This document shows positions 35,898 to 45,978 of a DNA stretch of 46,666 nt, piece by piece. Position 1 is the stretch's first letter; every line of letters begins with the position of its first letter. This DNA is from an uncultured Dehalococcoidales bacterium (GTDB lineage: Bacteria; Chloroflexota; Dehalococcoidia; GIF9; UBA5629), in contig CAYPRI010000006.1 of NCBI GenBank assembly GCA_964413085.1, positions 1 through 46,666 on the forward strand. The letters run 5' to 3'. A program made the translations under genes and the position numbers. The notes under the pieces are model-generated. The model saw only the letters and a list, made by a program, of their open reading frames with translations. It did not search any database and was not told the origin of the DNA.

Positions 35898-36386
35898 GTG
35901 AACGTTCATTTAAACCATCCGCCACAGACGCAAATAAGGGCTGATAGAATCGAGCTTATCGAAGAAATAATTCTGCTGCAGCGGATGAGCCATGCACTGG
36001 GTCAATATTCGCCCGAGGCATGGCTTGATTTAAACTTGACTATCGGCCAACTGAAAAGCTTGTTCTTCATAGACTCCGAAGGCAGCACTAATTTCAGAAA
36101 ATTAGCCAACGCATTGGGAGTCACTCCCCCAGATGTAACCAGAATAATCGACCGTCTGGTTCAACAGGGACTGGTAAGTCGGCGTGAGAATCCTGAAGAC
36201 CGACGTATGCAACTGCTCCAGGCAACCAAAAAAGGAAAGTCCCTGCTGGCCAGGCTTAGAGAGAACAGGACCACGCATTTGCATCGAATTCTAACGCACC
36301 TCGGTACAGAAGAACTGACGACCGTGGCACAAGGTCTCCGTTCGTTGGTCAGAGCAGCCGGAATTCGGCGAGAGGAAAAAACGTGA
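35898..36386 (+). CDS. MarR-family transcriptional regulator
   Basis: LTIGQ, VTRIIDRLVQQGLVSR...EDRR...TKKG. Confidence 0.92.
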   Translation: MNVHLNHPPQTQIRADRIELIEEIILLQRMSHALGQYSPEAWLDLNLTIGQLKSLFFIDSEGSTNFRKLANALGVTPPDVTRIIDRLVQQGLVSRRENPEDRRMQLLQATKKGKSLLARLRENRTTHLHRILTHLGTEELTTVAQGLRSLVRAAGIRREEKT

Positions 36387-36430
36387 TGAAAGTATTAAAA
36401 ACATATTGGGTTACTTCAGGAGTTCAGAGC

Positions 36431-38110
36431 ATGAGTAAAAAAATTTGTACAATCATTTTAGCCGCTTTCTTCTTAATTTCCATCCTTCCTATAGGCTGTA
36501 CTTCAACTAAACCTGTCACCGAAATGCAAACCGTGGCCGTAGCCAAAAGGGGTAACCTTGAAGTTACAGTAACGGCGAACGGGTACATTGAAATGCCGGT
36601 TGCGGTCAACCTTTATTTCGATTCCACTATGTTCACTCCTCCTTACAGTGCAAAAATTGAGAATGTCTACGTTAAAAAAGGAGATTTAGTCAAAGCCGGC
36701 GCCCTGCTCGCCAAGCTGGACGATGCCACTCAGAAAATGGCCGTCGAATCTGCACAATATGCCCTGGAACTGGCTATAAATAACGTGGTTCAGACGACCT
36801 GCTGCGGCGTGATACGAACGCCATCTTTTTATAGCGATGCCGTAGCTCTGTACCGCTACGAATTTGCCGTAAGCGAAATACAGAAAGCACAAACATTGCT
36901 GGCTGACAGCCAATTTCAGCCCGCAGCTTCACAGATAGTCCTGGCTAGATTTGACATCGATGCGTCAAAAAACGTTTATACCAATCCGGAATACCGCAGT
37001 CTCAGAACCGAACTCAATGAGTTTACGCAGGAAGCTGTTCCTAACTACGATCTAGACCTTGCCATTACCAGGCTGACTAACGAAGTAAACGATATTCGTG
37101 AAATCCAGACGCAAATCGGATCTGGCAATTACACCATGGCAACCAAGTCGCTTGAATCGCTGGCAAGTGACATGGCCGAGACAAATGTAATCATCCGGCG
37201 GCTTTCGCATTCACCAGGTGCGTATACCTGTCCCGATAGCTGCACTGGCTTCACCATAATAAACGAAGCGCTGGTTAAGCTGGAAGAAGCCAAGCAGATG
37301 GCTAGTTCACAGGAGGTCGACTCCTTAAAACTGAATGAAACACTTCAAATGGTAATACATGACCTTGAGTTAGGGGACAAGGTGCTGCAAGAAAACGTAT
37401 CTACCTTTCGCCAGGGACTCAATTTAAAGGCCCAGCGAGACTACAGCATAAATATCCAGACAGCCTTGATTAACCTCGACCGCGCCAAACAGGCTCTGCT
37501 CAAGACCGAATTGCTGGCACCTTTCGACGGAGAAATCGTTGATGTCAACCTACACGCAGGAGACATGATAACCCAGAGATATTCTGTAACCGGCCTGCCC
37601 ATCGATGTCTACGTATTTAAGCTGGCCGACACCCGCACTATCACTATGACGGGCGTAGTCGATGAAATCGACGTGGACAAAATATCCAAGGGCCAGAAGG
37701 CGACCGTCTTCTTAGATGCTTTCCCCGGTAAAACGTTCGACGGCGAGGTGCAATTCGTTTCACCTTTTGGCACGCTGCAGACAGGCGCTGGCTCATATAA
37801 CATCGAGATTGCGCTTGCTCCGGAGTCCACCCCGTATCTTGCAGGAGGGTTGACTGCAACCGCCGAAATAATGGTTGCTAATCGCAGCGATGTTTTACTG
37901 GTGCCGGTCAGTGCCCTGCATGCGAAGGGTGCCGAATACTGGGTTTACGTAATTAAAGAAGACACGGTAGGTCAAATGGAACAGCGTCAGGTGCAAGTTG
38001 GCCTACAAAGTCATACTCAAGCAGAAATTTTATCAGGCTTAAACGAAGGTGAAAAAGTGTTACTGGAAAGTAGCAGTACACCGGCCAGGTCGCTAGGAAG
38101 TGGAAATTAA
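36431..38110 (+). CDS. efflux membrane-fusion (adaptor) lipoprotein with very long helical insertion
   Basis: PIGC lipobox after ATG 36431; V..GDLVKAG..LAKLD, LLAPFDG, VDEIDV..I..GQ, VP.SAL, V.VGL...EILSGL.EGEKV. Confidence 0.85.
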   Translation: MSKKICTIILAAFFLISILPIGCTSTKPVTEMQTVAVAKRGNLEVTVTANGYIEMPVAVNLYFDSTMFTPPYSAKIENVYVKKGDLVKAGALLAKLDDATQKMAVESAQYALELAINNVVQTTCCGVIRTPSFYSDAVALYRYEFAVSEIQKAQTLLADSQFQPAASQIVLARFDIDASKNVYTNPEYRSLRTELNEFTQEAVPNYDLDLAITRLTNEVNDIREIQTQIGSGNYTMATKSLESLASDMAETNVIIRRLSHSPGAYTCPDSCTGFTIINEALVKLEEAKQMASSQEVDSLKLNETLQMVIHDLELGDKVLQENVSTFRQGLNLKAQRDYSINIQTALINLDRAKQALLKTELLAPFDGEIVDVNLHAGDMITQRYSVTGLPIDVYVFKLADTRTITMTGVVDEIDVDKISKGQKATVFLDAFPGKTFDGEVQFVSPFGTLQTGAGSYNIEIALAPESTPYLAGGLTATAEIMVANRSDVLLVPVSALHAKGAEYWVYVIKEDTVGQMEQRQVQVGLQSHTQAEILSGLNEGEKVLLESSSTPARSLGSGN

Positions 38111-38139
38111 CGACTGCGACCACTTTGGAGGAATGCGTT

Positions 38140-38862
38140 ATGGCAAATAAATTTAGCGATAGGATGAAAACGATGCTCACATCGAGAACGGGCAAAATTA
38201 TTTTCTTCACTGCCTGTATCTTCGTAGTTATTGCCGCCGTTGTTGGCGGCTATCTTTGGTATGAAAACTTCAAATACGTAAGCACTAGCAACGCAAATAT
38301 ATCTGCACCACTAATATCCATAGGTGCTCTGGCGCCGTGCCAGGTTATCAGTCTCGATACAGACTATGGCAGCTATGTAGAGAAGGGACAGCGGATTGCT
38401 ATTGTCGGTGCACCTCGCTCCGACAACCCTCTAACTATGCAGGGATTGAAAGATATCCCGATAGGTCGTAGCAATGTCGAATCCCCGGTGAACGGCTACG
38501 TAGCCGCAGTCTGGACTTATCCGGGGGCCGTACTAGGTGCCGGGCAACCCATAGTTACTGTTTACGACATTTCCGAAACATGGGTACTGGCTAATGTAAC
38601 CGAAACAGAAATTTACCGAATAAAACCCGGACAACAGGCTCAAATCACCGTTGATAGCCTAGGCGGCGCCAATTTAGAAGGGCATGTGGAAGGTATAGCA
38701 GCAGCTACGGCTGGGACATTTTCAATAATACCTCAGAACAATACCACCGCCAACTTCATAAAAGTAGCTCAGGTAGTGCCGGTAAAAATTGCTATCGATA
38801 ATCCTGGAAGATATATCCTAATCCCCGGCACCTCTGTGGAAGTAAAGATAACTATAAAGTGA
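38140..38862 (+). CDS. EmrA/HlyD-family adaptor lacking the alpha-helical hairpin
   Basis: N-terminal TM, SPVNGYV, WVLAN..ET, FSIIP.NNTTANFIKVAQVVPVKI, PG.SV. Confidence 0.88.
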   Translation: MANKFSDRMKTMLTSRTGKIIFFTACIFVVIAAVVGGYLWYENFKYVSTSNANISAPLISIGALAPCQVISLDTDYGSYVEKGQRIAIVGAPRSDNPLTMQGLKDIPIGRSNVESPVNGYVAAVWTYPGAVLGAGQPIVTVYDISETWVLANVTETEIYRIKPGQQAQITVDSLGGANLEGHVEGIAAATAGTFSIIPQNNTTANFIKVAQVVPVKIAIDNPGRYILIPGTSVEVKITIK

Positions 38863-38877
38863 CCGGAAAAATCCACC

Positions 38878-40413
38878 ATGCCGCAGACTACTGAATGGAA
38901 AATTTTACTGGTCGCCGTAGCGGGCACCTTCATGGTCATACTCGACCAGACAATTATGAATATTGCCTTGCCGCATATTATAGCGGTCTTCAATGTACCC
39001 ACAGACCACGCTCAGCTGGTTATTTCCGCCTACCTAATGGCCACCGCGATTACGACACCAGCAGCAGCTTATTTATGTAATCGTTTCGGTACCAAAAGAG
39101 TCTTCATTACTAGTCAAGCAGGTTTCCTGGTCGGGTCAATTCTGTGCGGCCTTTCCTGGAACGCCGACTCACTCATAGTATTCAGAATACTTCAGGGGCT
39201 TGCCGGCGGATTGCTGAGTCCCATAGCCATGACTCTGCTTTTTCTCAACGTGCCTCCTGACCAGCGTGGCACGGCTATGGCTATTTTCGGTATACCCTTG
39301 ATGCTTGGGCCTATAATTGGACCAACGCTAGGTGGTTTTTTGGTAACCGACGTATCCTGGCGTATGTGCTTCTATGTGAACGTTCCCGTTGTGCTTGCAG
39401 CCATCATGCTGGGAATGTTGTGGATTCAGGAGACACCATCCATGCCGGCTGGCTTTGACCTTAAAGGATTCGCTTTGGCAGCCACAGGCTTTAGTGCCGT
39501 ACTCTACGCTCTATCTTACGCTCCCACCTGGGGATGGGATGATATTCGTGTTGTAGGACTGTTGATTCTGGGCACGCTCTGTCTCATAAGTTGGATTGTC
39601 CTGGAATTGCGGTCAGATCAGCCAATGCTTGACCTTCGTATTTTTAAAAACCGAGGCTTTTCTATCGCTACAGGATTGGTTTTTGTGACTACTATAGGTC
39701 TCTTTTCAGTTATTTTTCTATTACCTCTATTCTTACAAAATATTCGAGGCCTGACTGCACTGGAAACAGGATTGCTCATGTTGCCGGCGGTGCTGGGCTC
39801 CATTGTTACTATGCCAATAGCGGGACGTCTTTATGACAGGATCGGTCCCAAAATACCCGTGGTCGCCGGATTGCTTGTGACAGGTGTCACAACTTACTGG
39901 ATGCGTACCATAGACACCACCACACCGGATAATCTGTTAAGGCTAATACTATTTATCAGAAGCATGGGAATAGGGTTGTCCATGATGCCCGTGATGACCT
40001 ATGCTTTAGCCACAGTTGAACAGAAAATGACAGCGCAAGCGTCTTCGATTATGAACGTCAGCCGGACTGTTTTCGCCTCTCTGGGCATCGCCGTCTTTGC
40101 CACCATGCTTTCAAATTTTCAAAAAACAAACCTCGCTGTTATTTCACAGACGTTTACTCCTAACTCTATCGAGACCATCCACTTCGTTTCCATGGTACAG
40201 GTCATTCTAATGCAGGCAGGCCAGACTTTAGAAGCAGCCAGACATACAGCCGTTTACGTACTCTATCTTTTGGCCAATTCAAGAGCCGCAGTGGCAGCCT
40301 TTCAGACGGAATACGTGATCGCCTCTATCATTATTTTAGTCGGTGTATTACCAGCGCTGCTCATGCCGCTTCGTCGTCCCAAAGGTAACGAGATAGCTGC
40401 ACCCATCGGATAA
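38878..40413 (+). CDS. DHA2 (EmrB/QacA) MFS efflux transporter
   Basis: FMVILDQTIMNIALP, FRILQG, GP.IGPTLGG, WR..FYVNVP. Confidence 0.94.
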   Translation: MPQTTEWKILLVAVAGTFMVILDQTIMNIALPHIIAVFNVPTDHAQLVISAYLMATAITTPAAAYLCNRFGTKRVFITSQAGFLVGSILCGLSWNADSLIVFRILQGLAGGLLSPIAMTLLFLNVPPDQRGTAMAIFGIPLMLGPIIGPTLGGFLVTDVSWRMCFYVNVPVVLAAIMLGMLWIQETPSMPAGFDLKGFALAATGFSAVLYALSYAPTWGWDDIRVVGLLILGTLCLISWIVLELRSDQPMLDLRIFKNRGFSIATGLVFVTTIGLFSVIFLLPLFLQNIRGLTALETGLLMLPAVLGSIVTMPIAGRLYDRIGPKIPVVAGLLVTGVTTYWMRTIDTTTPDNLLRLILFIRSMGIGLSMMPVMTYALATVEQKMTAQASSIMNVSRTVFASLGIAVFATMLSNFQKTNLAVISQTFTPNSIETIHFVSMVQVILMQAGQTLEAARHTAVYVLYLLANSRAAVAAFQTEYVIASIIILVGVLPALLMPLRRPKGNEIAAPIG

Positions 40414-40429
40414 ACACATATAAGACTTA

Positions 40430-40458
40430 TTGACCTCTCTCAAAGGCGGTGGTATTAT
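40430..40458 (+). promoter_or_regulatory. glyA promoter
   Basis: TTGACC-17-TATTAT with TGn extension. Confidence 0.65.
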
Positions 40459-40483
40459 TCTCTAAGCCTTTTGGAGACTTAGA

Positions 40484-41725
40484 TTGTCCGCAAATCCCAA
40501 AAAAGACACCGAAATCGCGCGATTTCTTAAACTGGAAGCAAAGCGGCAGAAAGATACTATAAATCTTATTGCTGCAGAAAATTACGCCAGCCGGGCGGTT
40601 CTTGATGCCCAGGGCTCGATACTGACCAATAAATATGCCGAAGGCTACCCCAATCGCCGCTATTACGCGGGCTGCCCCAATATAGATGCTATAGAAAGTC
40701 TGGCAATCGAACGCGCCAAGAAATTATACAACGCCGAGCACGCCAATGTTCAGCCTCACAGCGGCAGCCAGGCTAATATGGCGGCTTACTTCGCCTGTCT
40801 CGAGCCTGGTGATACCGTTATGGGAATGAGCTTAAGCCACGGCGGCCATCTAACCCACGGTGCCCCCGCAAACTTCTCAGGTAAATGGTACAAATTCATT
40901 TCCTACGGACTGGACCCTAAAACCGAGAGGCTTGATTACGATGAGGTGGAAAAAATAGCTTTAAAGCACAGGCCGAAACTCATTGTTTGCGGTGCCAGCG
41001 CCTACCCCAGAATTATTGACTTCCAACGATTTCGCATGATAGCTGATGCCGTCAATGCCATACTTGTGGCCGATATGGCTCATCTGGCAGGACTGGTAGC
41101 TGCCAATTTACATCCATCGCCCGTACCGCATGCCCAGATAGTTACTTCTTCCACCCATAAGACGTTACGCGGTCCGCGTAGCGGTTTCATCTTATGTAAA
41201 CAGGAATTTTCTGCCAAAATAGATTCAGCGGTATTCCCAACCATGCAGGGGGGCCCGCTGATGCACGCCATAGCAGCTAAAGCCATAGCCTTTTTCGAAG
41301 CTATGCAGCCTGGCTTCATTACCTATCAAAAGGCTGTTCTGAAGAATGCCAGTGCGCTGGCGGCCGGCCTTCAAAATGACGGTTTGCGCCTGATATCCGG
41401 GGGCACCGATAACCACCTTATCCTTGTTGACTTGACCTCGACCGGCATAACTGGGATTAAAGCTCAAGAAGCACTGGAGGCCTCCGGCATTTTGGTTAAT
41501 AGAAACGCCATTCCCTCAGACCCCAGGCCTCCGCAAATAACCAGCGGCATCAGATTGGGCACGCCTGCCACTACTAGTAGAGGTTTCGGGCCCAGGGAAA
41601 TGAAACGAATCGCCGCCTTCATCATGAAGGTTCTTTCCGACCCTGAAGATAAAAAGACTCAGAAACAAATAGCGGAGCAGGTAGCCGCCATTTGTCGCCG
41701 TTTTCCCGCCCCGGGCATAGACTAA
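40484..41725 (+). CDS. glyA: serine hydroxymethyltransferase
   Basis: [35 protein letters not shown]. Confidence 0.97.
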   Translation: MSANPKKDTEIARFLKLEAKRQKDTINLIAAENYASRAVLDAQGSILTNKYAEGYPNRRYYAGCPNIDAIESLAIERAKKLYNAEHANVQPHSGSQANMAAYFACLEPGDTVMGMSLSHGGHLTHGAPANFSGKWYKFISYGLDPKTERLDYDEVEKIALKHRPKLIVCGASAYPRIIDFQRFRMIADAVNAILVADMAHLAGLVAANLHPSPVPHAQIVTSSTHKTLRGPRSGFILCKQEFSAKIDSAVFPTMQGGPLMHAIAAKAIAFFEAMQPGFITYQKAVLKNASALAAGLQNDGLRLISGGTDNHLILVDLTSTGITGIKAQEALEASGILVNRNAIPSDPRPPQITSGIRLGTPATTSRGFGPREMKRIAAFIMKVLSDPEDKKTQKQIAEQVAAICRRFPAPGID

Positions 41726-41834
41726 GCATGCCCGCTGACAGCTCTCCTGGATAACCCAAACAGCAACGGTTAAACAGCCAGGTAGAGTTCATTCACATAA
41801 TTAGACCTGCCGGGCTATTTATTCCTATAATTAT

Positions 41835-42848
41835 ATGTTGCGGTCAAAAATTATTATGAAACCGAAATTTGCCATCGAGACCGAAGATTTAACGAAAAGA
41901 TATAACGGGCTGACCGCGGTTGACGGGTTAAACCTGACCGTGGACCATGGCGAGGTGTTTGGCTTGCTTGGTCCCAACGGCGCGGGCAAGACAACCATCA
42001 TTTCAATGCTTTGTACCATCATAAATCCATCGTCAGGAAGCGCCACGGTGAACGGTTTCGATATACTGAAACAGTCAGGTAAGGTTAGACGCAGCATAGG
42101 TATCGTCTTTCAGGACCCCAGCATCGATGACCGGTTGACAGGAAGAGAGAACCTGCAGCTCCATGCCTGCCTTTATGACATGCCGTCGGAGCTAACCAAA
42201 AAACGTATTGCCGAAGTACTGGAACTGGTGGGATTGGCAGACAGAGCCGATTATGCTATGAGAACCTACTCCGGCGGCATGAGGAGGCGCCTGGAACTGG
42301 CCCGTGGCTTACTTCACCGGCCGAGCGTCCTGTTCCTGGACGAACCAACACTGGGACTGGACCCCCAAACTCGGGAGCACCTCTGGGAATACATTGAAAA
42401 CCTGTCTCTGACTTCCGAAATTACGATCATCCTTACCACTCACTACATGGAGGAAGCCGACCAGCTTTGCCAGCGAATAGCCATCATCGACCATGGCAAA
42501 ATCAATGTTATTGACACGCCAGCGAATCTGAAAACGGCGCTTAAAGGTGACGTCATCACGGTCGTTACAGCACAGGCCAAAAAACTCGCTTCCAGATTTG
42601 CCGAACTCAAGCTCGACCGCCATATAGACTCCTCCAAGGATTCCATAAGATTGACTGTTCCCAATGCTGAAAAGCTGGTACCCAGATTGATTAAAATCGC
42701 CACAGAGATCGGAGTAGAGGTAAGCTCCGTTTCAGTTCACCGTCCAACTTTAAATGACGTTTTCCTCCACTATACTGGGCGGGATATACGAGCCGACGAA
42801 GCCGAGTCGCAAATGAGGAAATTTATGATGAGGAGGCCGAGCAGGTGA
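41835..42848 (+). CDS. ABC exporter ATP-binding protein (DrrA-like)
   Basis: GPNGAGKT, YSGGMRRRLE, LFLDEPT, TTHYMEEA; start may be 41856. Confidence 0.94.
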   Translation: MLRSKIIMKPKFAIETEDLTKRYNGLTAVDGLNLTVDHGEVFGLLGPNGAGKTTIISMLCTIINPSSGSATVNGFDILKQSGKVRRSIGIVFQDPSIDDRLTGRENLQLHACLYDMPSELTKKRIAEVLELVGLADRADYAMRTYSGGMRRRLELARGLLHRPSVLFLDEPTLGLDPQTREHLWEYIENLSLTSEITIILTTHYMEEADQLCQRIAIIDHGKINVIDTPANLKTALKGDVITVVTAQAKKLASRFAELKLDRHIDSSKDSIRLTVPNAEKLVPRLIKIATEIGVEVSSVSVHRPTLNDVFLHYTGRDIRADEAESQMRKFMMRRPSR

Positions 42849-43597
42849 GCGACCTCCGGAAAATCTACGGACTTTGGCATCGGGAGGTGCTGAGATACTG
42901 GCGTGAAAAGTCACGTATTCTGTCGTCGCTTATATTACCCTTGCTGTGGCTCGTTGTTTTCGGCAGCGGTCTCCGGGGCATCGAGCTATCAGGCACGATC
43001 AACTATCAGACATATATTTTCCCCGGAATTCTCGGTATGACGCTTCTCTTCACTTCGGTATTTTCCGGCGTTTCAGTCATATGGGATAGGGAGTTCGGAT
43101 TTCTCAAAGAAATTTTGGTAGCCCCTGTCTCCCGTACCACGATAGTCATAGGTAAAGCGCTCGGCAGTGGGACGAGCGCTCTTATTCAGGGAGCGTTATT
43201 GTTGCCGCTATCATACCTGGTAGGAGTTCACCTGCCGCCCATTTCCTTTGTCATACTCTTGCCTATCATGGTTCTTATATCTATTGGGCTTGTCTCAGTG
43301 GGGCTGCTCATTGCTTCACTTATGACCAGCATGGAAGGCTTCAATTTCATAATGAGCCTGGTAATTATGCCTATGTTTTTCACCAGCGGCGCACTGTTCC
43401 CGCTGACATCGGCCCCGGCCTGGCTAAGAGACTTCAGCTATGTAAATCCAATGACGTATGGCGTTGACGTACTTCGCTGGGCATCTTTCAGCGGGTCGGC
43501 TACTGTGCTGCCTGTTTATATCGAGTTTCTCATACTGGTCTTATTTGCGGCGGCTATGATAGGGGCCTGTTCCTATACTTTTGGCCGAAAAAAATAG
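42845..43597 (+). CDS. ABC-2 type permease (DrrB-like)
   Basis: WDREFGFLKEILVAP, SGALFP, NPMTYGVD; GTGA overlap. Confidence 0.93.
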   Translation: MSDLRKIYGLWHREVLRYWREKSRILSSLILPLLWLVVFGSGLRGIELSGTINYQTYIFPGILGMTLLFTSVFSGVSVIWDREFGFLKEILVAPVSRTTIVIGKALGSGTSALIQGALLLPLSYLVGVHLPPISFVILLPIMVLISIGLVSVGLLIASLMTSMEGFNFIMSLVIMPMFFTSGALFPLTSAPAWLRDFSYVNPMTYGVDVLRWASFSGSATVLPVYIEFLILVLFAAAMIGACSYTFGRKK

Positions 43598-43822
43598 GCT
43601 GGCAAAGTTCTTCAGTCGTCATCTTCAGTATCACTTTCACTTAACTCATCACCCTTAATTTTTTACTAAAACTTTACATGGCGATAAAATCAAGGCAACA
43701 TTCCACTGTTAAACTATAGAGTTAACCACACGCAAAAGTGATACTTTACCTGTCAACGTATACGCCATACGCACATGGAGGTGTTTGATATATAATTATC
43801 CAAACCTCTTCGGAGGCATCTT

Positions 43823-44512
43823 GTGACAACAATACTGGTAGTCGACGACGAACCGAATATCGTAGCTCTGGCCAAATTATATCTGGAACAGGAGGGGTAT
43901 CGGGTAGAAGGAGTTGGCAATGGGAACGATGCATTGAAAAAATTGAGTGACAGCAAGCCGTCTCTCGTTGTACTGGACCTGATGCTGCCTGATATAGACG
44001 GTTTTGAGGTATGCCGCCAGATACGAAAGAAAAGCGACGTGCCTATTCTTATGCTCACAGCCAGGAAAGAAGATGTAGATAAAATAGTCGGCCTGGAGCT
44101 TGGAGCGGATGACTATATAACCAAACCGTTCAATCCCAGAGAACTTGTAGCCAGAGTAAAGGCAATCCTTCGCCGCTACAAGGCCGGATTTAAATCTGGG
44201 GAGGCTATCGATGTGGGGAACTTGCGAATCGACCTTGCCAGACGCGAGGCCACTATCGATGGACAGCCGCTGCGCCTGCGGACCAAAGAGTTCGACTTGA
44301 TGACAACGCTGGCCCAAAACCTGGGTGTTGTATTGACCAGGGACAGGCTCCTTGAGATAGTGTGGGAAACAGATTACTACGGTGAAACTCGAACCGTAGA
44401 CATACACATCAATCATTTGCGCGATAAATTGAGGGTGTCCAACGTTGCCATTGAGACCGTCCGGGGCATTGGCTACAAGATGGTGCTTAAATCTCACACG
44501 TCAAAAAGCTGA
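43823..44512 (+). CDS. OmpR/PhoB-family response regulator
   Basis: VVDDE, LDLMLP, GADDYITKPF, RTVDIHI..LR.K, TVRGIGY. Confidence 0.96.
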   Translation: MTTILVVDDEPNIVALAKLYLEQEGYRVEGVGNGNDALKKLSDSKPSLVVLDLMLPDIDGFEVCRQIRKKSDVPILMLTARKEDVDKIVGLELGADDYITKPFNPRELVARVKAILRRYKAGFKSGEAIDVGNLRIDLARREATIDGQPLRLRTKEFDLMTTLAQNLGVVLTRDRLLEIVWETDYYGETRTVDIHINHLRDKLRVSNVAIETVRGIGYKMVLKSHTSKS

Positions 44513-44529
44513 GGTAATAGAGGTATAAA

Positions 44530-45978
44530 TTGAGCCTACGCATGCGCCTCATTCTTTCTTTCGTTCTAATTATAGTTCTATGTCTCGGAATAGTCGGCGC
44601 TTCGCTTATAATCTTGCTGGGCGACCAGATTAACAAGATGGCTATGGCCCATCTGGCGGATACGGCGTTGCCGATCTACGTGCAGTTTAGAGCTGCTGCC
44701 AGAGGTCAGGTAACACAGAATCAGGCCTGGAACAATCTGCAGGAAACGGCAGATGAAACGGGGACATATATATTTTTGCTGGATTCCGAAGGTAATGTCA
44801 TTAATCAGGCAATACCTAATAACAAGTCCTGGACTCCGCCTTCCAGCTTCGAAATTATGCAACCACCCGGCAATCGGCCAGGCGCTTATCGTGGAATTTA
44901 CACGGCTGAGGGCGGCGAGAAATTTATATTCGTTGCTCAACCTGTCGGCGCTCTATTCGGACCGCCCGGTCCAATAAATCCACCTAGTCCGAATACATTG
45001 CTGCTGGCTGTGCCCCGTAGCCAGGCGCTGGCTATTTGGGCTGATTTCGTTAAACCATTTATCTGGGCTGGTCTGGTGGCCTTAGCCGTGTCCATAATTA
45101 TAGCAATCGTTCTAGCCCGTTCTGTATATGTGCCTATCCGTCGTGTGACCAATGCCGCTGAAGAAATCGCACGTGGCAACTACGAACAGGAAGTTCCGGT
45201 AAACGGGCCGAAGGAAGTAAAAGGCCTGGCTAAGAGTTTCAATCAGATGTCCAGGCAGGTCAAGCGTTCTCAGCAGATGCTTCGCGATTTCGTTGCCGAT
45301 GTCTCCCACGAACTCAGAAGTCCGCTGACCTCTATCAAGGGATTTGCTCAGGCTATGGTCGACGGCACAGCTAAAGGAAAAAACGCTCAACTTAAGGCTG
45401 CCACCGTCATCGAGGACGAATCGAAACGCATGATGCGCTTGGTTGAAGAACTACTCGAGTTTTCCAGACTCGAATCGGGCCAGGTAACAATGATTAAGGA
45501 ACCTGTTGACTTGAAAGAACTATTGCTACAGTGCTACGAGATATTTTTAATGCGTGCGGAGGAGAAAGGCGTGAACCTGAAAACGGATATCGGACATTTG
45601 CAACCCGTGGCTGGTGATATCGACCGTCTGGAGCAGGTATTCAGCAACCTGCTGGACAATGCCCTGAAACATACACCAACTGGCGGTGAGGTCAGCGTCA
45701 AGGCAAAACAAATAAATCCGGATATCGCAGAGATTTCCATAATCGATAATGGCCCGGGCATACCCGCCGAGCAAATAAGACATGTCTTTGAACGCTTCTA
45801 CCGCGCCGATATTTCAGCCGGTAAAGCTGGTGCCGGACTTGGGTTAGCCATAGTCAGGCAGATAGTGCTGGCTCACGGGGGAGAAATCACTGCCAGAAGT
45901 ACGCTTGGTAAGGGCACGGAATTCGAAGTCAGGCTACCTGTGCACTCCACTTCCGCCCCACAAACTTCTCGTAGCTAG
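44530..45978 (+). CDS. HAMP-domain sensor histidine kinase
   Basis: Two TMs, HAMP, SHELRSPL, NLLDNA, DNGPG, FERFYR, GAGLGL. Confidence 0.96.
   Translation: MSLRMRLILSFVLIIVLCLGIVGASLIILLGDQINKMAMAHLADTALPIYVQFRAAARGQVTQNQAWNNLQETADETGTYIFLLDSEGNVINQAIPNNKSWTPPSSFEIMQPPGNRPGAYRGIYTAEGGEKFIFVAQPVGALFGPPGPINPPSPNTLLLAVPRSQALAIWADFVKPFIWAGLVALAVSIIIAIVLARSVYVPIRRVTNAAEEIARGNYEQEVPVNGPKEVKGLAKSFNQMSRQVKRSQQMLRDFVADVSHELRSPLTSIKGFAQAMVDGTAKGKNAQLKAATVIEDESKRMMRLVEELLEFSRLESGQVTMIKEPVDLKELLLQCYEIFLMRAEEKGVNLKTDIGHLQPVAGDIDRLEQVFSNLLDNALKHTPTGGEVSVKAKQINPDIAEISIIDNGPGIPAEQIRHVFERFYRADISAGKAGAGLGLAIVRQIVLAHGGEITARSTLGKGTEFEVRLPVHSTSAPQTSRS

Noticed and set aside
40414-40483. ZTP/THF/glycine riboswitch before glyA
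   Set aside because: The 70-nt gap is mostly promoter; no room or consensus motifs.
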